Assembly: GCA_021613535.1 (NCBI GenBank)
Contig: CP075495.1
Span: 15,004,001 to 15,068,000, forward strand
Direction of reading: 5' to 3'
Source: Adineta vaga
Lineage: Eukaryota > Animalia > Rotifera
DNA: 64,000 nucleotides
Part shown: in pieces, positions 49,595 through 61,766 of the stretch
Position numbering within the stretch: position 1 is the stretch's first letter
Layout of the letters: each line of letters starts with the position of its first letter
Notes under the pieces: model-generated
Seen by the model: only the letters and a program-made list of their open reading frames with translations
Told to the model about the DNA's origin: nothing
Databases searched by the model: none
Program-made: the position numbers and the translations under genes

Positions 49595-51372
49595 AAATAA
49601 CCAATGGGAACTTTTTAAAATGCTTTTTTTTCTCTTTGCTGAATCAGTAAATAAATAATCTGTCAGTATTATTCAAGGGTAAGTCAAACAAATACTTCAC
49701 TTTCGTAGTCTACAAAAATAGATGACGAGCAAACTGATTAATAAAACAGAAAAGAAACCTTAAAAGAGAATAATGAAAAAAACATAGGAAGCATTGAAAT
49801 ATTTATCAAGTTTCTTCGAATATGCATTGCCAAATGACAATATTCTTCACTGGAAGTGACACTTAACGGTTACTTTTTAAAAAAAAATTTTTTCTTTTCC
49901 GATTCAAAAACCATTATTTCTCACGCCTCAAGTACTAGTATCAATTATATAATGGTAAAATTTTATGCAAAAAGTAATTACTTCTGACAAGCAACTATAA
50001 AGTGCCACCACTTTTTTTTACGCAGATAATTTGAAAGAAAAAAAATCACTGTTTACATAGAAAACTCAGGACATCAAAAGCAAATAATAGTAGACTCAAT
50101 TCTTTTTTTTTCTCGCACCTTCTCTTCGATAACTTTGTGAAGGAAAATGAAAAAACTCTTTATGAAAACCTAGACTATCTGGATGAGACAATGTCGTCAA
50201 TAATTAATTCACTGTTTTGCTGCGTTGTTTGTAAAGTGTTTGTTCTCTTCAGTTTGTTTTTGTATGACACTGGGAAAAAACTGACATAATTAAAGGTATA
50301 AAAACACTATCAAACGTCCATTTCTTATCATTGTTGAAAGATAACAGAGTATGGCTTCAAATCAAGAACCTAGAGACTACTACGGTCCAAATCGTCGACC
50401 ACGATCAAATTATAATACTAATAATTCATATGGAAGAGGACGTAACAGCAATCGAGGATCATTTCAAAGTCACCCTCATCATTACGAAAGTGATTCAAGA
50501 TCTGAAGAATATATGTCCGATCAGCAAAATCATCGAAGACAACGCCAGTTTGATAATTCTTCAACAGTTGAACTAAAACCAATTGATGATGAAAAAAAAG
50601 CTTATGCTGTGAATCTTCAACTAGACCCAGTTGAAATGGGTATCATAGCTCGAAATAATCGGTGGCATCAAGAATTCAAAGGTTTAGGCGCATTTAATCG
50701 TTATTTTGGTTTATTATCATCAGAACATGGTTTTGGTTATACACTTCCTGATATTTGGGATGGCTATTTTCATATAACACTTGCTAAATTTACTACTAAA
50801 ATATCAGCGGAAAAATTCAAAGATAAATTTCAACAATTTCGATATCCGATTGAAACGATTCCTTATATTCCGGATGTTGTTTTCCATACATCAACTATTG
50901 AAAGAATTCCGGGACCAAATCGTGGCAGAGGTCGAGAGAACATTGATTTTATTGTCTTGCCTATTGACATTACTCCTGAAGTTCGATCATTTTATGAAAG
51001 GATTCAATTATTACTTGATGCAATTAAAGAACTAGCCGGCAATCCAGAAGATTGGATCACAACAGAACTTAAGAAACTTCATGTTACTATAAGAAAATAT
51101 TCAAATATTGATTATAATCTTTATCCACTAAATAATATTCGAATTCAAGAATTTCCACTCGAATTTCGATGTTCATATGTCGGTGTTCGAGAACCACGAG
51201 ACACAACAATTAATCGAATCATGCAGAATGAAGATTTGTTTCGTGAATGGTTGTCTGGTGTAACTGAAATCCGGAGACATTGTTCAGGCTGTCAAACATT
51301 AATTACAACAAGGGATTGGCAAGGTTTCTGCTTTGCATGTGGAAACTACGAAATTATCAATCCTCTTTGGTC
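49595..51372 (+). repeat. About 1.8-kb duplicated block (promoter + 2H gene), copy 1
   Basis: Nearly identical to 61767-63545; identity ends abruptly after cctctttggtc. Confidence 0.9.
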
Positions 51373-51460
51373 TACTACTGGCACCAATTCCAATCTGCAA
51401 CCTATTCCGAATGATACTCTTAGTCTACTAGTTGAAGACTTATCCCTTAACGGTAACTAA
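50351..51460 (+). CDS. 2H-phosphoesterase-superfamily protein with R/G/N/Y-rich N-terminus and C-terminal Zn ribbon, copy 1
   Basis: Intronless 369 aa. Two h-H-x-T-h motifs (FHITL, LHVTI) lie about 100 aa apart. CSGC-x12-CFAC near the C-terminus. Confidence 0.7.
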   Translation: MASNQEPRDYYGPNRRPRSNYNTNNSYGRGRNSNRGSFQSHPHHYESDSRSEEYMSDQQNHRRQRQFDNSSTVELKPIDDEKKAYAVNLQLDPVEMGIIARNNRWHQEFKGLGAFNRYFGLLSSEHGFGYTLPDIWDGYFHITLAKFTTKISAEKFKDKFQQFRYPIETIPYIPDVVFHTSTIERIPGPNRGRGRENIDFIVLPIDITPEVRSFYERIQLLLDAIKELAGNPEDWITTELKKLHVTIRKYSNIDYNLYPLNNIRIQEFPLEFRCSYVGVREPRDTTINRIMQNEDLFREWLSGVTEIRRHCSGCQTLITTRDWQGFCFACGNYEIINPLWSTTGTNSNLQPIPNDTLSLLVEDLSLNGN

Positions 51461-51714
51461 AAAAGAAACAAAATTCATTAATTTTATATTTTAACCACTA
51501 TTATTATATAAATAAAATATATTTCCATCAATAATATCATTTTCTTTTATATCGTCATAAAAAATACTTGCTAAAAGAATCTAATAAATAGTTGTAAGTC
51601 AAATAACAAACCTATGTTATGGTTTTTATAATGATAAAAATATCATGATAGAAATTTATTGATTTATTCGATAGTATTATCAATTGATCATTCTTCGATA
51701 ACACGAAAAAAACA

Positions 51715-52700
51715 TCATTTTCCTTTCTTATCATCACATGGCGTACTCATAATCAAAAAATGTTGATGATAAAACCAATGAAAATAAAGATGAGGTTTTG
51801 TATGAAAAAGATAATTTCTAATACCATTTGTTTGAATTGATTTCTTATAAATTCTTTGTTGTGATATACCAATTGTATAAAAAGAATTTTTCTCGTCAAT
51901 TACCAACCATTCTGAGTATTTTTCACTATTTTCTTCCTTCACTAAGGAGAAAAGATCAAGTTTACGAAAAGGAAAATATTCAATAGGAGCTTCTGTTCGT
52001 TTTAAATGCGTTAAATTGAAATCAGTTTGTCGATAATCAATAACCCATTTTTGTTGATTTAAAAATACATTCATTGCTAAATGTTCTCCATTTTGACTAC
52101 ATGTGATTAGTCGAATTTCATCAATATAATTATAATATAGACTCCTTTTATTCTATATGATAACCACGATTTAAAAATAAGAATTCATTCTTTTTTATTG
52201 TAATAAATCGTAGTCTATTTTTTTGCAGTCGATGATGTCGTCTGTCTTTATAATCGACTGATTTAATTTGGTCAATAATCAGTGGCCTATCTAGGATAAA
52301 TGTTGTTCGATTGCCTCTTTTAATTTTTCTAATCGATAAAGAAAATAAACGACACCATGATAGAATCAAATATGTTTGTCTCATTTCACACCATAAAATA
52401 TAATTCACTGGTCCCCATAAAAATCCATCCCAAATTTGTTCATCTAATTTATTGATATTATCATAAGGTTTTAATGTACTATTTTCATATAATAAGATTA
52501 AATCATATTCAAAGCAAACAGCCATATGCTCATATTGAATTTCATCTGTTTCTAAAGGAATTTCATATTCAGATAGATTATTTAATATTCTTTCAATTGT
52601 TTGAGTAGTTGCTGTTGGATCGGCACTTTCCTCTTCGTATTCTAAAATTTTCAAAAAATTATAATGAATATTTTGAATATCAAAAACCGGTCTCTTCTAA
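51715..52700 (-). CDS. Unknown beta-rich protein segments, either a C-terminal extension of the kinase locus or a separate gene
   Basis: Two coding-like ORFs (52148-52654 and 51715-52074) lie immediately downstream of the kinase on the same strand. Splicing is unresolved. Confidence 0.4.
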
Positions 52701-52781
52701 TGTCAAGCAAAAGAATTTTATAAATAAATATCTCTCCCATTTTCATATTTCTAACTAAATTTCATCTAGAATAAAATCATA

Positions 52782-54620
52782 CGATTATTTGATGTTAATC
52801 TTCTATAATCAATTGAATCAATATCATTCTTCATATTATTTTCTAGAGTTCTTGTATCTGGTCTATCGTTTGGTTCTTGTTGTAATAATCGACAAATGAG
52901 ATTTTGATACTAAAATATCAATTTTTACTTGTCAATACAAATCAAACAATTTATTTTTACCTTCAGAGAATTTGTTCCAAGTTTCTTGTTCATATCATCA
53001 GAAAATCTTATTTTAACTTCACGAATATCTTCTAGTGCCTAAAAATAAATCATCGAATCGATGAAAAAGATTTCTTATAACTTTTCTTACATTATTCCGT
53101 TCCATTTCATTTCCAAATTTACATAATAATTCAAATAAGATAATACCCATTGCGTAAATGTCTATTGTTCGTCATATTTTGTTCGAGACTTTTATAAAAC
53201 TTTGTTCCTGTACGATATGATTGATCTATTTCGTCATTATGAATATCAGATGAATTTAAGTTTTCTTCTCTAACCAATCCAAAATCACCTATTTTTATAG
53301 TTTTATCATCGCTGCTAGAGAAATAGATATTTGGAGGTTTTAAATCTCGATGAATCTAAACAAATCAAACAATACTAGATCGATAGTTTTATAAGAAGAA
53401 AATTTCGAATGATATAAAGATAATCTTACTATATTTTTCTCATGAATATATTTAATGCCTTGAACAATTTCATAAAAAATTCGAAGTCCTTCTACTCGAC
53501 CAATTGGATATTGAGAATCTTCTGATCTTAAACGTTGTGCTAAGGTTTCTTGAGTACATAATTCCATTATTATGATTAAAACATGTTTTTCAAGTTCATT
53601 TGATGACTATCAAAAATAAATGATAAATAAAAAAAGAATAAAAAAAAACCTTAACATACGTCCTCTTCATCAGAGATGAAACTGCTTTCTGTCGCATCCG
53701 ATGTACCACTTTTTGTATTTGTTTGATCAGTTTCAGTATTACTATCATTAGTAGAATACTTAAACTGAACAGAATTGTTCAAACTCTGTGATTGATAATT
53801 TCTTCCGTTGTTTATCTGAATTGATTGAATCGAATTCATCGAATCTATGCTTTTCCTATTCTGTGTACTTTCCTCAGTAATATCTGATTGATCGGAGAAT
53901 AAATTTTTTAAATATTCTTTCGGTAATTTTTCTTTCCATGCACTTTTATAACCAACAGTATTTTTATGCTTGAATTGTGCCATGGCAAGCACTTCTTTTG
54001 CTGCAGCATTCTTTTTAAGTCTAAAAATAAAATTCAGATTACGTATATAGTGAAACATCTATTTAGTGGCACCTCCTTATACTAGCCAATCGAAAGTTCA
54101 CCCAAGTGATTTTGTCCTAGGAATGAGCCTCTCTTTAGTCAGTGTGAGAATGAATGATAGATAGACTCTATACTCTTACCTACACCTATAATCTCACTCT
54201 AATAGTCGTTCAATGGTTAGAACTAAACTATAGAAAAGAGGAAGAAAATAGTAAAAAAAATCCTATAATGGACACCTCCATAAAGTGACCGCTTTTTTGG
54301 ATGCGGTAGCATCCACAAGAAAGAGACTTTATTGTGATAAAATGAAAAACTTGCGTAAAAATCTGATTGATTAATATGGAAACTTATCAATCAATTTGAT
54401 TTCATAAGAAATGATCGGCTTGATAATAATTCATGTTATTTTCTTTCATATTGATACTTATCTGAATGATCATATAAGAAAAATAACAGTTTATTTACCC
54501 TTTCTGGCTAACTAATTTGGCTGCATAAGATTGGCAATCGACTTTACTCACACAGCTTCGACAACAAATCCAAAACCACGTTCTCCCAAAAATTTTTCAG
54601 TAACATAATTGTCAAAAAAT
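52782..54620 (-). pseudogene. eIF2-alpha kinase (PERK/PKR/HRI-like) pseudogene, multi-exon
   Basis: Motifs: FFDNY...LGERGFG...SKVD...YAAK; KEVLAMAQFKHKNTVGYKSAWKE followed by a long S/T/D-rich insert; IIMELC; IHRDLKPPNIYF; KIGDFGLV; GTKFYKSLEQ; DIYAMGIILFEL; PNDRP. Frameshifts at about 54550 (extra TG) and about 53170. Confidence 0.8.
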
Positions 54621-56030
54621 CTATTTAAAACAAAAAAATTCTATTAAACACCCTCAAGATTTCGTATCATTACCGCAAATAATAACGATATGAAAGAATA
54701 CATAGAACTAATGTAAATATTTTCGAATGAAATAGTGAAAGCAAAAGCATCTTTTATGTTTTGTTTTGTAGAAGAAAAGATTTCATATAAAAATGAAATA
54801 TTAATTCTATCAAGGTAATCACAAAAAGAAATGAAACATCACTTGTTGAAAAGGATATTTACACACGAAAATTCTACAAGTAGAAAGTGTAGTCATACTG
54901 GTAATGAGATGTTAAGAGACAGATTGAAAATAAAATCGAAATCATCTATTCAGCTTACATAGGGTTATCCAATAGTGGTGGCAACGACAGTTTAGTTCCA
55001 CATATTGAGAGATGAGAGTGCATCTTCAAAACGCTGAATATGTGCCAGTGCTGATTTGATCATACTTCAACCAGTATCATAAAAATAACATTTTTGTTAA
55101 GAAAACCCTCAAAAAATATTTTTTGATAGTTACAAAAACTGAATAAAAATAATGTAGAAATCAATATTAGAAAAACTAACAATACACGATTCGATGCAAC
55201 TGCATCTCTTCTTTCTAATAGTGAAAATTACAATTGTCTATCATGTTTCTATCAAGCGTTATTCAAAAAATACTGACTAATATTCGTATTACCGTAACAT
55301 ATGCAAATAAAACAGCTCTTATCGAAAATTTTACTTTTACGATATTGATTGAAATATGATCAAATAGCATAGAAAAAAAGAGCATTTTTTTCTCCATCAT
55401 CCTACGTTAAAAGAAATTTTTATCAACCTTAATATGTGGTACTAAACTGTTGTTGCCACCACTTTTTGATAACCCTACGTATACATATATATGTATATAT
55501 ATATATAAGAAATATTTCTACCATAATCATAATTCGATGTTCTATTTCACTCTGATTAATTATATTTCCTATTGGTTCAGTTATACGAATCCTTTCTATG
55601 ATTTAACTTTGAACACAAATTTCAAATATAAAATAAAACTATATGCGTGACTATATTTTCTAGAAAAGAACATACATGTCTAAAATCAATAAAAATAATT
55701 ACACATTTCATTATTATGTTTCTATCTTCACTTTCATTCTTACAAAAAAAACTATTTGTCTGAAATAGTTTTTGTTCTATTCTTTTCAAATTATTGATAA
55801 AACTCGTAATGCTCTTTTTCTATTGACTTGTTCTACGACGAAACTTTCATCCTTTTATAAAAGTAGAGAAAAATAACAACGGAAGATTTTATTTTATTCA
55901 ATAATAGGATTTTAGTGCATTTTCTAACCAAAACATGCTTCAAAAAAGATAAATTTTATTATTGAAAATATCGCTTTTGATTGTATATTCTCGTCGTTTT
56001 GTTGTTTGGTCATACAAATTTCGATTCTTT

Positions 56031-56909
56031 TCAATTCGACTCTATCTTATTATAGAGCTTGTCGCTTGCTCGAGTTAAATTGATCATATCGAGGTACATT
56101 TCTAAATTTGCTTTCTTGATTGCATTTTCATAGTTTTTCTTTTCAAGAAGATCACTTTGACTAACACTTTCTGTGATTTCATACGGCTCATGTGTTCCAT
56201 GTCTTCGAATCGTATTTTCTAAAGCTTGAATTGTTGTTATGCTTAATGCTGAATTTTCAAATTCGTGAAATTCCAGATATTCACCCGTTGCATCAAATTG
56301 ACCACAGAGATTGTCATGAGATCTGACAATCGTATCCATCAATTGTAAAGCCTTTTGTCCTTTAGCCAACGAAGGATCTCTTGATTTAACTGTGAAAACA
56401 CGATGTGGTGGATAATGATCAGCAAAAACACCAATTGCATCTTGTCGTAAAGCAACACCAATCAAAGCTGCAATACCCATTATCATTTGATGTGAACCGT
56501 ATAGAATAAGGCCTGTATAAGGTTCAAGACCCCATGTACTTTTAGAAAAGGTAGGCTTATCTGTGACTTCATGTTCAACCTCTAAATGATTGATGAAAAT
56601 TTTCACAATTGAAGCCAATTGAGAATGCATTTTTTGAGTTTTTGCGAATGATGGGGGTTTGCTTGTATAAGAACCAGGTTGTGTGCCAATATGAAGTCGA
56701 TATTTTCTGTCTTCAGTCGGTTCAGATGTTGTTGTTGATGTTTCATTCTCAACGGAAGAATTGGTCTCATATTCAACTGGAGATGATGTCGATAAATCAA
56801 ACCCAAATTCTTGTGATTCTTGTTCTTCTACGTTATTGTCTTTTTCAACAAGAACCGATGTATCTTGTTTAGAACCAAATAAAAGTACTTGATTAAGATT
56901 ATCTTCCAT
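56031..56909 (-). CDS. Unknown protein, 292 aa, intronless, acidic low-complexity N-terminus plus alpha/beta domain
   Basis: Long ATG-initiated ORF with higher GC than its flanks; no recognised family. Confidence 0.65.
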   Translation of the reverse strand: MEDNLNQVLLFGSKQDTSVLVEKDNNVEEQESQEFGFDLSTSSPVEYETNSSVENETSTTTSEPTEDRKYRLHIGTQPGSYTSKPPSFAKTQKMHSQLASIVKIFINHLEVEHEVTDKPTFSKSTWGLEPYTGLILYGSHQMIMGIAALIGVALRQDAIGVFADHYPPHRVFTVKSRDPSLAKGQKALQLMDTIVRSHDNLCGQFDATGEYLEFHEFENSALSITTIQALENTIRRHGTHEPYEITESVSQSDLLEKKNYENAIKKANLEMYLDMINLTRASDKLYNKIESN

Positions 56910-57489
56910 TTATATTGGATAGGTATAGAATTAATTAGTTAATTAAAAAAATTTAAAACCAATTGAATCAGCCGAAGAAACTATTAAAGTGCTACATTTT
57001 CTTTTTTTTTTTGTTCCCCTTTTATATTTTTACTTGTACAGCTATGTCTTGTATTTTTCCTTATTTTTCTCTCTCGAGAAACTTGAAAAAAGACTCTTTC
57101 GATCGATCGTTAGACAAACAGCAACCAGAACAACAAACTACAATACAATGACGCACTAGAATAAACTAATTGCGTTTCTTTTTTTATTTACCAGTTTCTG
57201 CGTTAGTATTATAGGTGACATTATTTGCAGATTGTTGAGTACAAATTTATGAAGAAACATAATCTGAAACTTTTCTGCATTGTGAAATGATCAATCTGGA
57301 GAACATTGCATCTGAATTGTTGGTTATAGTTGAATTTGTCAACAGTTGAAATTACTTTTTAATTAAAAAAAGAATCATTTTTTTCTGTAAAAGTAGTCTG
57401 CATTATGGAAACAATGTTTAAAAAATTGATTATTTATTATTAGAAAAAAAATATTTTTGTTTCAAACAAAAGAAAATGTCAGTAAATAA

Positions 57490-58000
57490 TCAAAAGTATT
57501 TCTCTTCGCTCAGTGGTTCCAAACAAGATTGATCAGAACTTGTATCAGAATAATAAAATCGTTCTTCTCTCTTACTCCATCGTTTGATCCAACCAAATGG
57601 TAGTTGAATACCTGAATCAGGTTCGTCCGACGATGATGAAGATCGTCGTTCCACACTGACACAATCATGTGCTTCTTTCCAATCATCGTCCTTGATTCTC
57701 AAATCAATCTATAAAAAAGATCAAATGAAAAGAATTATTGAGAAAATAAAAAAGAAAACCTCTTCATCATCATCGTCAATATGTTCAATAAGCCAAAGAC
57801 GTTTGCTTAAACCTTGAATTTCTCTTTGTATCAATCGTTGACTTGTATCAGCAATGTATTGTTGAAATTCTGAGTCCAATAGACATTTCAATGGTACAAC
57901 TTCTAGAATATCTTCTGTTTTCTCATATTTCAATAAATGATCTAGATGATTTCTATTGATAACAAACGAGAAATCGTTGAGAAGACGAAGGGTCAAGTGA
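57490..58000 (-). pseudogene. Third, shorter copy of the CMTR tail (end of exon 4 + WW exon)
   Basis: Nearly identical to 45845-46320 with a 26-bp internal deletion. The second WW tryptophan is lost (SCLEP). Confidence 0.85.
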
Positions 58001-58157
58001 ATGAGGATGAAGATTGAAATGGACTTTTGATTTGTAATCTAGCGTAGAACCTTAAAAAAATGAAGTTATGAATATTATCTACATCGATAGTATCAGTCGA
58101 AAGATATACAGTTTGCAAGGATACGGTTTTTTATTGAAACTACTCAGAAAATAATTC

Positions 58158-59330
58158 TTATTCAATCTTTTTAACCGATGCAGATGTTTTTTGATTGAGT
58201 TCAGTTAGTTTTTTATCGTAGGCTGATTTCAACATATTATCGAGTTTTTTGTACTGTTTATTTTCGATTTCAGTCCAGAGTTGTTGTAATTGTTCAAGTG
58301 TTATACAACGCCTGACTTTGCTACAATAATTAACTTGTTCAATAGTTTCAGGCGGCATTGCTTCCGAACTAGTTAATTCACATGATGTTTCATTACATAG
58401 AAATGGAACATCCTCAACATTAATTCTTTGATGAAATAGTTTTAAACCCGATCTTTTTTCAAGATCCTTAATTGATACTGCAAAATCAGTTAATGGACGA
58501 TTTCGATCGATTGGTTCATTTGGTACAACGAAGCAGCCAACAGCCATTTCATGTTGATCTTTATTTTCAACTAAAATACATTTGAATAAATGAGTAGGTA
58601 CATGGACTTCATTCGGACCAATAACTGCATGTGTCATTTGTTTGCAGGGAATATTTAAATCATTGTTATCCTTCTAAATATATATATATATATAAATATA
58701 TATAAAAGATTGAATTTTTAAAATGACTATGTATTTTAATAAAATCACCTTTTCTTTGTCCTCGACGGGAATAAACAAAGGGCCAGTTATAATATGAACA
58801 AAATCAAATTTATCAGCTAACTGTCGCGCAAATTGTTCAATTCGATACCAATAATTCGCATTATTATCAAGATCTTGGGGAACAATATTAGCTGATAAAA
58901 TAAATGTTTCATCAATAGCTTGTCGATCAGTAAATTTATGATCACCAGCTGGTGCCATATGACCTCTTGACCAACCAGAATCAAAATAATCTTCGTTTGT
59001 AGCTCGAAATTGTTGTGGAGCTTGTTGACATTCACTCTTAAATTCAGATCCAGCACGCTTAATAGTTGGTAAAAGAGAACGACTCGATAAGAAATCACGT
59101 GACAGTGAATAACCAACCCATGATGGAATTCGTCGTACATAATCAATTGATGTGATATATTGCTGATAAAACTCAAGGTTCTGAGACGAAGGTAAACCAT
59201 ATTTTATAAAATTTAAATAAGGATGTTGTTCAATGTCATTTGATGATTTAGTCTTGAGACGAGTGATCACGCTTGAGACAAATAAACCAGTGACGGTACC
59301 CGTAGAGAAAAAGAATACATATCGTTTCAT
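58158..59330 (-). CDS. EXOG: EXOG-like mitochondrial endo/exonuclease (EndoG family), 2 exons, about 365 aa
   Basis: SGWSRGHMAPAG has the SRGH of EXOG rather than the DRGH of EndoG. Also ANIVPQ...NN-x-x-Y-W, ITGPLF, VPTHLFK and a C-terminal wing-like helix (AYDKKLTEL). Intron 58748-58674 keeps the frame. Confidence 0.88.
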
Positions 59331-60061
59331 TTCGTCTTTCTAGAATGAATTTAGTGAACATTTATATGCTTAAATAATTAGAATATATTTAAATAGATCA
59401 ATTACATTATTCACTTCATAATACAAATTTCAAGATATAAACTTGACAATATACAAAGTATATAGAATCATTCTACAGTATTTTCGTCAGATCATACAAA
59501 CTTCTTCTACATTTATATCTAAGCTCTTCAAGTATATATATTTTGATTATCACACAATTTTTATTTTTTTTGTCTGTAAATTTTATTATACAATGATGAA
59601 ACTAAAAGTTTTACTCACGTGAAAATATCACTCAATTAATTGTCTCCCATTCACAATTGTGCCTAGAAAATGATGTGAGAATCAAACAAAAGATTCTTTG
59701 CATTTATTACTATTCTTTTACTTTATTTGACATACTGTCATGACAACAATCGATAGATAGTATGCATAAAAGGTTGATAAGAAGAAACAGAATGGGATAA
59801 AAACGAATGTGACAAAATAAACTCACATTTTGTTAAATTGAATTCATAATCGGCGAAAATACTATCTTTTTCGAGTCTTTTTTTCTAGAAAACAATCTGA
59901 AAAATTTTGCAAACCTATATTGTGTGAAATGATTATCTTTCGATATCATCGTCTCTTTATCTGATCTATTCTTGCATGCATCTTTTGTCTTCTATTATTT
60001 TCTGTTAATCAATTACATGCGGGTACATTTGGTTTCTACATCATTTTGAAGTATCATTTAC

Positions 60062-60124
60062 AGGATGTGTGTGGGTGTGGGCGGCTGTGGCTGTTTGACA
60101 GATGTAATAATCACACCCACACCC
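60062..60124. repeat. Short inverted element built from TGTGGG/CCCACA-like hexamers (representative of a dispersed family)
   Basis: gtgtgtgggtgtgggcggctgtgg...cacacccacaccc. Relatives at 1713-1792, 17495-17521, 33068-33094, 61330-61390 and 61716-61764. Confidence 0.6.
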
Positions 60125-60259
60125 AAAATGCCCCTTGTCCCCCGCTGGATAAAAGCCTGGCATCTCATGATACTGAGCACTCGAGAATGAATGACAGATA
60201 GGCTCTATATTCTTACCTAAACCGATAATATCACTCTAATAGTCGTTTAATAGTTAGAA

Positions 60260-61260
60260 TTAAGGAAGTGGCTATGTGCACTTAGGTGTACAGTGTACAT
60301 AGCCACATGACTATATGCACCCAGCTACATATAATAGACTGGTCAGCATAAATCAAGCATTATAATAAAATTAGTATACAAAAATCAACTTAATTTAAAT
60401 AAAGAATAACTATTTTGCAAAAATTTCTAGTATAATCTGTTCAAAAAGTTCGTTTGTGTGAATGCTTTGTTTTATAAATAATTCGAGAACGCAAACAACT
60501 AGAGATCTGCAGGTTTCATCAAATGAAAGAGAGAGAATTATGATATCTTTTTCTATGATATTTTGTAAGATAAAGTTCTTCTGAAATTCATCGTCGCCAA
60601 AAAACATGAAAAAAGAATGCATCTAAGTGACTTGTAATCCATGATTCAGGATATAATGCGCTTTCTCACCTTTCACAACATTTTCATTGCAATATTTACT
60701 TGTTACGATAAAAAATACGAAAATGTGATGAAATATCAGTCCAAAACCCTATTATTTGTGTATCCACATACGCGATTTTGTTTGGTCAACGTTACGTCGC
60801 AATAAGATAACCATTTGTATTGTATCCTGAATCATAGATTTCAAATCTGTCTTTCTAAATCAAAGACTATAATTGAAACTTCATGTCGATTACCAGTCAC
60901 TTAGATGCATTCTTTTTTCATGTTTTTTGGCGCCGATGAATTTCAGAAGAACTTTATCTTACAAAATATCATAGAAAAAGATATCATAATTCTCTCTCTT
61001 TCATTTGATGAAACCTGCAGATCTCTAGTTGTTTGCGTTCTCGAATTATTTATAAAACAAAACATTCACACAAACGAACTTTTTGGACAGATTATACTAG
61101 AAATTTTTGCAAAATAGTTATTCTTTATTTAAATTAAGTTGATTTTTGTATACTAATTTTATTATAATGCTTGATTTATGCTGACCAGTCTATTATATGT
61201 AGCTGGGTGCATATAGTCATGTGGCTATGTACACTTGAGTGCACATAGCCACTTCCTTAA
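60260..61260. mobile_element. Non-autonomous foldback/MITE-like DNA transposon with about 365-bp inverted arms and TTAA flanks
   Basis: ttaa-ggaagtggctatgtgcac at 60260 is mirrored by gtgcacatagccacttcc-ttaa ending at 61260. Arms are about 60264-60632 and 60897-61256. No transposase. Confidence 0.9.
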
Positions 61261-61766
61261 AACAATCGATTCTATTAAATTCTATCGATGAAATGATTTT
61301 TATTTTACGTGATGTTATATTCATTATTAGAGGGTGTGGGTAGGTGGATGAAGACAAGATTATCACCACACCCATCCTCCGCTCACACCCTCTTGTTTTC
61401 CTCATCTTTTGTAGTGTTGGTATGGCTATGTTTTGAACTTTTTATTATTTTTCTCTCCTAACAAACATGAAAAATTTCTCTCGATCAATCATTAAACAAA
61501 CAACAAACACAGCAACGAAGCACAATACTACAAAGTATTGGGATAAATCCACTATGCTTCTAGTTTTGTTTGTCACAGCTACCTCAGTATTATGAACGAC
61601 ATTATTTGTACATTGTTCATTACAAATGTATGAAGCAATATATTCCGAGAGTTTTCTGCAATACTAGATGATCAACTTACAAAATATTCTATCTCAATTG
61701 TTGATTACAGTTGAAGGGCGGGTGAGGATGAGTGTGTGGGTAAGAGAGAGAAACACCCGCACCCTA

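Noticed and set aside
50331-51035. Alternative-frame ORFs overlapping the 2H gene (also 62504-63208)
   Set aside because: Non-ATG starts; conserved only because the DNA is a recent duplicate.
60410-61117. Mirror-image 70-aa ORFs (60410-60622 minus, 60905-61117 plus)
   Set aside because: They are a by-product of the inverted arms and have no recognisable motifs.
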